Source of the DNA: an uncultured delta proteobacterium | Lineage (GTDB): Bacteria; Desulfobacterota; Desulfobacteria; Desulfobacterales; Desulfosalsimonadaceae | Direction of reading: 5' to 3' | Length of the DNA stretch: 64,000 nt | Assembly: GCA_963826785.1 (NCBI GenBank) | Contig: CAWGYD010000004.1 | Span: 256,001 to 320,000 of the forward strand | In this document: in pieces, positions 58,492 through 64,000 of the stretch | How positions within the stretch are numbered: position 1 is the first letter of the stretch | How the letters are laid out: every line of letters starts with the position of its first letter | Notes under the pieces: generated by a model | The model's input: the letters and a program-made list of their open reading frames with translations, nothing else | What the model was told of the DNA's origin: nothing | The model's database searches: none | Program-made: the position numbers and the translations under genes

Positions 58492-60063
58492 TCACCGTCC
58501 GCCGAAAGTGACCTTCATGTCATCGGGGTAGGTGATGGAAAACCCGTACTGGATTTTCGTTTTTCCCCGGGGGGCGACGTCAAAGGTCCACTTGAGCAGG
58601 TGGTCCTCTTTTTTGGGCTGTATGTTTTTAAATTCGGTTTCCAGTTTGATCCGCTCATCCCGGATCTGGGGGTAGGCCGCTTCCATGAGAATATCCGCCG
58701 GATGCGCGGTGTGGTTTTCCACCGTCACCGCCCAGGTCCATTTAAAGCTTTTCTTGCCGGCAAACAGCCCCTTTTCCCCGGATTCCTTTTCCAGAAGATC
58801 CAGTTTTACGGAAATGCCGGGATCGGTCCCGAAAAAGAGATCCTGCTGCGCATCCGGCATGGCAAACATGCGGTCGGCAATAAAGGCCCCATCCACGAAA
58901 AACTCGGCATTTCCTTCCGGCAGGGGGAGGAAGGCTTCCGGAGCCATGTTGACATTGGCCGTCAAAAAGGCTTCGGCGGCTTCGTGGGGCCGGATCATGT
59001 ACTTGAAATCCGCCTTCCAGTTCTGCTGACGAATGGCCACCCTTCGATTCTGGCCCGCCGGAATGAAGTGGCGGCCCAGGTCATAGGTGTCGTACAGGTA
59101 CTGGGTCTGCCGCCGGGGCGCCTCGCCTGCCGCAAACATCTGTGCCTCGGCATTCGCCTGGGGGGCCATGGCATCGCGCGCCATTTTCCGCATGGGCACG
59201 GCTTCAGGCGCCGGCCGGATAATCCAGTCGCCGGTTTCCGGCGGTTCGGGCTGGGTATAGGCCTGGGCGGTGGCCACGGTGACGGCCACATTCTGCCAGT
59301 CCGTGCCGGTATTCTGGTAGATATCGGCAAACCAGGAAAAATCGATTGAGGATGCATCCGGTCGGGCGTTCAAGGTGTATGAGGGGGTCCAGGAGCAGCT
59401 GGGGGTGCGGTAGCTGTAATCCAGACCGATTTTTTCCGCCCCTGCAGAAGCGCGGTCCGCACCTTTAAGATATACGGTAACCCGCCAGCGCTTTTCCGCC
59501 CTGCCGGTGAGATCGTTGATCTCCTCCTGGAGTTTTTTGACCTGATCATTTACCTCCTTGAGGGTCTGCTCATGCTGGTAGATCTCGTCATAGGCGGCAG
59601 TCAGGCCGGTTTTCATGGATTGGGCCACCTGATCGACGGACTCGGTCTTCTCCGGCATGTTTTTGCCCATGTTTTCCCAGAAGGCGATATAGGTGCGGTT
59701 GGATTTGATCCGGCTCTCAAGCCCCGCCTTTTTTGCCGAAAGCACTTCCAGGCGGTCTTTCAAGGCGGTCAGTTCCTTTGATTCCGGCATGTCTTCCATA
59801 TCGACCTGAACAGACGAGATGGCATATCTTCCTTTTTCCGGCACCTCGATGGTGAGCGAATCCGTATCCGCGCTCAACGGCAGGAAAAGATCGGCCCGGA
59901 GGCGGTCGTTTTCCTTTGCGAGATCAACGGTCTGGTGTTCGGTAATCCGGGCGCCGCTGGGGTAGATGATGACGGATACCGGTTCGGCGAATGCGGCGGC
60001 GGGCAGCAGCCATGCGGTCATGGCCAGGCCAAGGGCGGCAAGAACAGTAAGGGCTTTTTTCAT
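58492..60063 (-). CDS. DUF4139/DUF4140 (MuiA-like) exported protein
   Basis: Signal peptide, V.IYPSGA, coiled coil, W.P.Y, I.QNTG.DW, LPEGNA.FFVDG, FGTD. Confidence 0.82.
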   Translation of the reverse strand: MKKALTVLAALGLAMTAWLLPAAAFAEPVSVIIYPSGARITEHQTVDLAKENDRLRADLFLPLSADTDSLTIEVPEKGRYAISSVQVDMEDMPESKELTALKDRLEVLSAKKAGLESRIKSNRTYIAFWENMGKNMPEKTESVDQVAQSMKTGLTAAYDEIYQHEQTLKEVNDQVKKLQEEINDLTGRAEKRWRVTVYLKGADRASAGAEKIGLDYSYRTPSCSWTPSYTLNARPDASSIDFSWFADIYQNTGTDWQNVAVTVATAQAYTQPEPPETGDWIIRPAPEAVPMRKMARDAMAPQANAEAQMFAAGEAPRRQTQYLYDTYDLGRHFIPAGQNRRVAIRQQNWKADFKYMIRPHEAAEAFLTANVNMAPEAFLPLPEGNAEFFVDGAFIADRMFAMPDAQQDLFFGTDPGISVKLDLLEKESGEKGLFAGKKSFKWTWAVTVENHTAHPADILMEAAYPQIRDERIKLETEFKNIQPKKEDHLLKWTFDVAPRGKTKIQYGFSITYPDDMKVTFGGR

Positions 60064-60066
60064 GTG

Positions 60067-61065
60067 TTACTCTTTCGGTTGGGTTTCGGGCGTAAGCGGG
60101 GCCATGATGGCATCGGCTTTTCCGGAAGACAGCAGAAACGGGTAGTCGCTTCCTGAAGAAACAGCCGGATAGCCGACGGCATCCTCACCCTGCTTGGCAA
60201 AGATGGACAGCGAAACCACCTTATCTTCTCCGGCCTGAAGTTTCAAGGTATAGATGGGATCGGTCAGATCCGCTTTGGTCTTGCCATCGATGAATTCCCG
60301 GCATTTCAGGAGGGCTGCCTCATCCAGCAGCTTTTTGACGGCGCCCTCATCCGCAGCGGCTCCGGTTTCATCCTGCCAGGCCATTTTGTCGTCGCGGGCG
60401 GGCGCTTGCATCTGCCCTTCGGCTTTTGGCGTCTTCTCACCCGGCGCTGCGGCATCGGGTGCAGCCGGCGCCGCCTTGAGATCCAATTTTCGGGTCTGGC
60501 TTCCCCGGGTGATTTCGATCTGGTTGACCGCCCCGGATTCAAACGCCAGCACGGTCTTGTCCCGCAGTTCGTCCACCGGGGTTTCAAAGGGGCTTCTGAA
60601 ATTTCCCCGGGCATGATAGACGTTTGCGTCGTCTTTGAGTTTGACGAAGGTGTGGCGGCTGGAGGGCGCGGTTTTTCCGATATCAAAGGCGCGCAGGGTC
60701 TTTCCCCCGGAACCCGCCGCAACGCTGATGCCCTTTTCCGGCCCCAGGTCATAGCGCTGGTAGCTGTTTTCGGAATCCGATACCAGCGCGGTCACCTTCA
60801 GATCCTTGACCGCATCGATCATGGGCTCTACCTTGCTGCTGTCCGCCGGGTATTTTTCGGGATAAATGAGCCATTTGCCGGATTCTTTTTTAAGCTCTAT
60901 GGAATGGTCCGCCCCCTTGATGGAAATGGAGGTGATATCGGCGGAATCGAGCGGTTTGAGATCGGGAAGTTCATAGTGGGTCCGGTCCGTGGTGCGCAGG
61001 GAAAGATACAGCGCCAGGGCGACGATCACCCCGGCCAGCAGGAAATATTCTTTTTTCAGTTTCAT
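60067..61065 (-). CDS. DUF4340 domain protein
   Basis: N-terminal TM, W.I.P..YPAD..KV, Y.L, IGK, LRDK. Confidence 0.78.
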   Translation of the reverse strand: MKLKKEYFLLAGVIVALALYLSLRTTDRTHYELPDLKPLDSADITSISIKGADHSIELKKESGKWLIYPEKYPADSSKVEPMIDAVKDLKVTALVSDSENSYQRYDLGPEKGISVAAGSGGKTLRAFDIGKTAPSSRHTFVKLKDDANVYHARGNFRSPFETPVDELRDKTVLAFESGAVNQIEITRGSQTRKLDLKAAPAAPDAAAPGEKTPKAEGQMQAPARDDKMAWQDETGAAADEGAVKKLLDEAALLKCREFIDGKTKADLTDPIYTLKLQAGEDKVVSLSIFAKQGEDAVGYPAVSSGSDYPFLLSSGKADAIMAPLTPETQPKE

Positions 61066-61089
61066 CGTCGATCCTCTGTTGGGTATTTC

Positions 61090-61118
61090 GGCTGAAGGGC
61101 GTTTAGTGCCCTTCAGCC
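61090..61118. repeat. Intergenic hairpin inside the Gld-like operon
   Basis: GGCTGAAGGGC-GTTTAGT-GCCCTTCAGCC, 11-bp perfect stem. Confidence 0.6.
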
Positions 61119-61126
61119 TTTATTTT

Positions 61127-63328
61127 TCAGTTTGCCTGTCGGGTGTGAAACATCATCTGGATCTGTTTTCTGCGGTGTCTGCGGCGCCACAGCATGAACA
61201 GCCCGAACAGGGCCACCAGCACGGGAAGGCCCGCGATATTGAAAACCTTCACCGCGTTTTTGGTCTGGGCCCGGGTTTCTTCCAGCGGGTTGAACCGCTG
61301 GGTCTTGCTCCGGAGCACCGTGGTGGCGGTGCGGCCGTTCAGGGCGTCGATGGCGTTTAATACGAAAGTGGCATTGGGGCTCCGGCCTTCCGCATCCAGC
61401 AGGTTGTCCTTGAGCAGGGCCGATGACCCCACCACCAGCAGCCTGGCCGGTTTCCCCGTTTCAATGGTGGCCGGCCGGCTTTCAACCTTCGCGGCTTGCG
61501 CTTCGGGCGCATTCGCTTCCGGGGTATCCGGTTTGATATCCTCGGACGGGTCTTTGGCTTCCGCCGGCTTTTCCGGGATCTCTTTTCCCGCAAAGTAGCT
61601 GGGGAACCGCCCTTCGACGAGATAGGCCAGGGTCTGGCTGCCGTACTTTTCCTTTTCCGGGGGCGGCTGGATGAACATGGGGTTCAAGCTGATCTGGCCC
61701 TTCATTTCCCAGGATTCGTCCGAGGAGGAAAAGAGCGGCTGCGCGGTGAGTTGATGCGCATTTAGGGTTTCCTTGTCCACCGTGACCGGGGACTGGTTGA
61801 GCGTGATCAGCCCCTTGATGTTTTTCATGAAGGTCAGTTCATGATTGATGTGCTCATTTTTGATCATGGGCGCAAAATAGATGGGCTGATCGCCGCCTCC
61901 GGCCCGTTCGGGCATTTCCTGGTGGAAGCAGTTCTTGTCCAGCACAAACGATTGGCCGATGTTGACGCCGTAGTGCTTCAGCAGCTTCTCCAGCCCGGTG
62001 TCAAGGGGCTGGTAGCTCGGCCCCATGTTGAAGGCGAACTGCTGCCGGGGCGGATTGACCTCCTTGAAGGCGTCCGAGAAAATGGCGATATTGCTTCCCC
62101 GCATCAGGGCCTGGTCGATCTGGTAGAGGGCATAATCGGAGAATTTTTCTTCCGGGTGGGCGATGATCAGGGTGTTTAAGCTTTCCGGGATCCGCTCCTT
62201 GTCAATCGGGATCTGCTTGAAGGAGTAGTTCTGGGAGACCAGGGTCTGAAAATTGCGCAGCTCGTCGGCGCCGCCCTGCTGCATCATGGCCATGGGGCCG
62301 GGAAGTGGAAGCGTTTGGTGATCGGACAGATACCCGATGGTTTCATTGATCCCGATCAAAGATTCGATGTTTTCATTGATGATGTCCTCCAGGCTGTCCA
62401 TGTCCACCAGCTCGTAGCGGGTGCCGATGATGGGGATGCGCACCACGTTTAACAGATGGATCGTGTCCCTGTTGTCCTGATACGACATCACCAGTCCGAT
62501 CACGCCGCGGCCGGACGTGATGTTTTCCCGGGGAATGTCCGGCCATTTGAGGCTCATGAGATTGCTGTCGGCCACCAGGGAATCGATCCGGTCTTCCGGC
62601 GGGTCGATATACTGGTAGGAAAGCTGTCCGTAGTTCATCGAGTTCAGGTGGTCCACCGCTTTTTCCACCGCTCCGGGAAGATTGCGGAGGTTTTCCACAC
62701 CCATGTAGCCGGCCACCTGACCGATGGACGAAGACATGTACATCTTGATGTCGACTTTTTCGGGCAGGTTCGCCAGGGTGCTGATCTTGTTGTTGAGCTT
62801 GGTAATGGCCGTGGTCAGCCGGTATTCCAGCCCTTCGGTGGAGGTGATGGCCGGGATTTTCTCGATGAGATCGCCATGGATAATCACCAGCCCCATGTAA
62901 GCCTTCTTGAACTTGATCTCGTCTTTTTCCAGCATCCGGATTTCCACCGGGTAGATGCCGTAGTTTTCCGCCAGTTTACGGTTTTCTGCAGTCTTTGTGT
63001 TTTCACCCCCCTCGTCGGCGGAAACGTCATAGAACCGGAAGTTGAAATTTTTATTTGAGCGGATGGCGTATTCCTGCAGCAGGTCGTTCAGATACTGCCG
63101 GGTGTTGTTGTGGGGGGCCGGCAGGTTCTCGGTGAAGAACACATCGATGGTCAGGGGTTCGGAAAGGGAGGACACCGCCTTTTCGCTCGCCTCCGACAGG
63201 GAGTACAGGTCGTTTCCGGTCAGGTCCACCCGGAAAAACAGGGTGAGCCCTGCAAGGTTGACCAGCACGACCACCACCATGTAGATGAGAAATTTGATAT
63301 ATGCGTCTGTTTTGAATTTTGCCTTCAT
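61127..63328 (-). CDS. GldG family ABC-transporter auxiliary protein
   Basis: RVDLT...YSLS.AS, LL.EY, LEY.LT.AI, IDQALMRG, N..F.LNAID.L, C-terminal TM followed by WRRR. Confidence 0.88.
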   Translation of the reverse strand: MKAKFKTDAYIKFLIYMVVVVLVNLAGLTLFFRVDLTGNDLYSLSEASEKAVSSLSEPLTIDVFFTENLPAPHNNTRQYLNDLLQEYAIRSNKNFNFRFYDVSADEGGENTKTAENRKLAENYGIYPVEIRMLEKDEIKFKKAYMGLVIIHGDLIEKIPAITSTEGLEYRLTTAITKLNNKISTLANLPEKVDIKMYMSSSIGQVAGYMGVENLRNLPGAVEKAVDHLNSMNYGQLSYQYIDPPEDRIDSLVADSNLMSLKWPDIPRENITSGRGVIGLVMSYQDNRDTIHLLNVVRIPIIGTRYELVDMDSLEDIINENIESLIGINETIGYLSDHQTLPLPGPMAMMQQGGADELRNFQTLVSQNYSFKQIPIDKERIPESLNTLIIAHPEEKFSDYALYQIDQALMRGSNIAIFSDAFKEVNPPRQQFAFNMGPSYQPLDTGLEKLLKHYGVNIGQSFVLDKNCFHQEMPERAGGGDQPIYFAPMIKNEHINHELTFMKNIKGLITLNQSPVTVDKETLNAHQLTAQPLFSSSDESWEMKGQISLNPMFIQPPPEKEKYGSQTLAYLVEGRFPSYFAGKEIPEKPAEAKDPSEDIKPDTPEANAPEAQAAKVESRPATIETGKPARLLVVGSSALLKDNLLDAEGRSPNATFVLNAIDALNGRTATTVLRSKTQRFNPLEETRAQTKNAVKVFNIAGLPVLVALFGLFMLWRRRHRRKQIQMMFHTRQAN

Positions 63329-63338
63329 CAGGATCTCC

Positions 63339-64000
63339 TTATTCCGTTTTCAGCAGCGACAAATAGGTGGCATACAGACCGACAAACACCACGCTGAGAA
63401 AGTACAGCAGGTCCCGCGAATCGATTATGCCCTTGGAGATGTTGGTAAAATGAGTGTCCGCGCCCAGGTATGCGGCGATCTGGAGAATCGAATCGGGAAA
63501 GAAAAACAGAAGCTTGTCGATCAGCGTGAGCGCAAAGCAGATGGCCGCCCCCACGATGAACGCGATGATCTGGTTGCGGGTCAGCGACGAGGCGAAAATG
63601 CCCACCGCCGTAAACGCCGATCCCAGCAGCAGGGCGCCGATATAGCCGCCGATGACCGGCCCCCAGTCCAGGTCTCCGATCAGGGAGATGGTGATCGGAT
63701 AGGCCAGGGTGGGGATAAGAAGCGCCGCCACGATGGCCACGCCGGCGACGAATTTGCCGAGAATGATCTCATTGTAGGTCACCGGCATGGTGAGCAGCAG
63801 CTCATAGGAGCCCGCGTAAAGTTCCTCGGAAAACAGCCGCATGGACACGGCCGGGATCACGAACGAAAAGACCAGGGGCAGCAGGGAAAAGAAGTTGCGC
63901 ATGCTGGCCTGGTCATAGAGGAAAAAGGTGGAAAAGAAAAACCAGCCGGTAATCACCAGGAATATCGAGATGACGATGTAGGCGATGGGCGAGATGAAAT
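63339..64000 (-). CDS. GldF-like ABC-2 permease (partial, start lies beyond the window)
   Basis: FISPIAYIV, PAVSMRLFSEE..GS.ELLLT.P, GKF, SSLTRNQI.AF, KGIIDSRD..YF. Confidence 0.9.
   Translation of the reverse strand, partial: FISPIAYIVISIFLVITGWFFFSTFFLYDQASMRNFFSLLPLVFSFVIPAVSMRLFSEELYAGSYELLLTMPVTYNEIILGKFVAGVAIVAALLIPTLAYPITISLIGDLDWGPVIGGYIGALLLGSAFTAVGIFASSLTRNQIIAFIVGAAICFALTLIDKLLFFFPDSILQIAAYLGADTHFTNISKGIIDSRDLLYFLSVVFVGLYATYLSLLKTE

Noticed and set aside
1..64000. CRISPR arrays, tRNA and rRNA genes
   Set aside because: No regularly spaced repeat-spacer units or recognisable structural RNA sequences were seen; the repeats present are isolated palindromes.

Overview
GC-rich bacterial chromosomal window with about 58 CDS. 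Gene content suggests an anaerobic deltaproteobacterium (Desulfobacterales-like; inference). No rRNA, tRNA, CRISPR array, transposase, integrase or reverse transcriptase was recognised. In order: envelope/metal stress genes (mprF, dedA, mntH, two USPs, CPBP protease, MFS, ABC exporter), CsgG-like protein, cupin, AidB, ferredoxin, MoxR-DUF58-transglutaminase, plsC-fabH, an HdrD/GlpC-like Fe-S oxidoreductase, GerMN-fusA paralogue, BepA-like M48 protease, parAB-NYN-DUF3842-cooT, an IspH-UbiA-like fusion, plsY, Smr, MFS, SatD-like, PP2C plus kinase-FGE fusion, EndoQ-UvrD fusion, an RdgC-like pair, mntP, thiolase, ABC-class ATPase, hemerythrin, TraB/GumN, an orphan histidine kinase, purN, an alanine symporter and a Gld-like ABC module. 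Signals the ORF track misses: (1) an in-frame TGA at a conserved Cys position followed by a SECIS-like hairpin, making the Fe-S oxidoreductase a probable selenoprotein; (2) two copies of a ~160-bp MITE with terminal inverted repeats and 10-bp target-site duplications; (3) a duplicated RBS plus N-terminal segment shared by a cupin gene and a neighbouring small ORF; (4) five single-base frameshifts in G/C runs, probably assembly errors. All family assignments come from motif recognition, not database searches.
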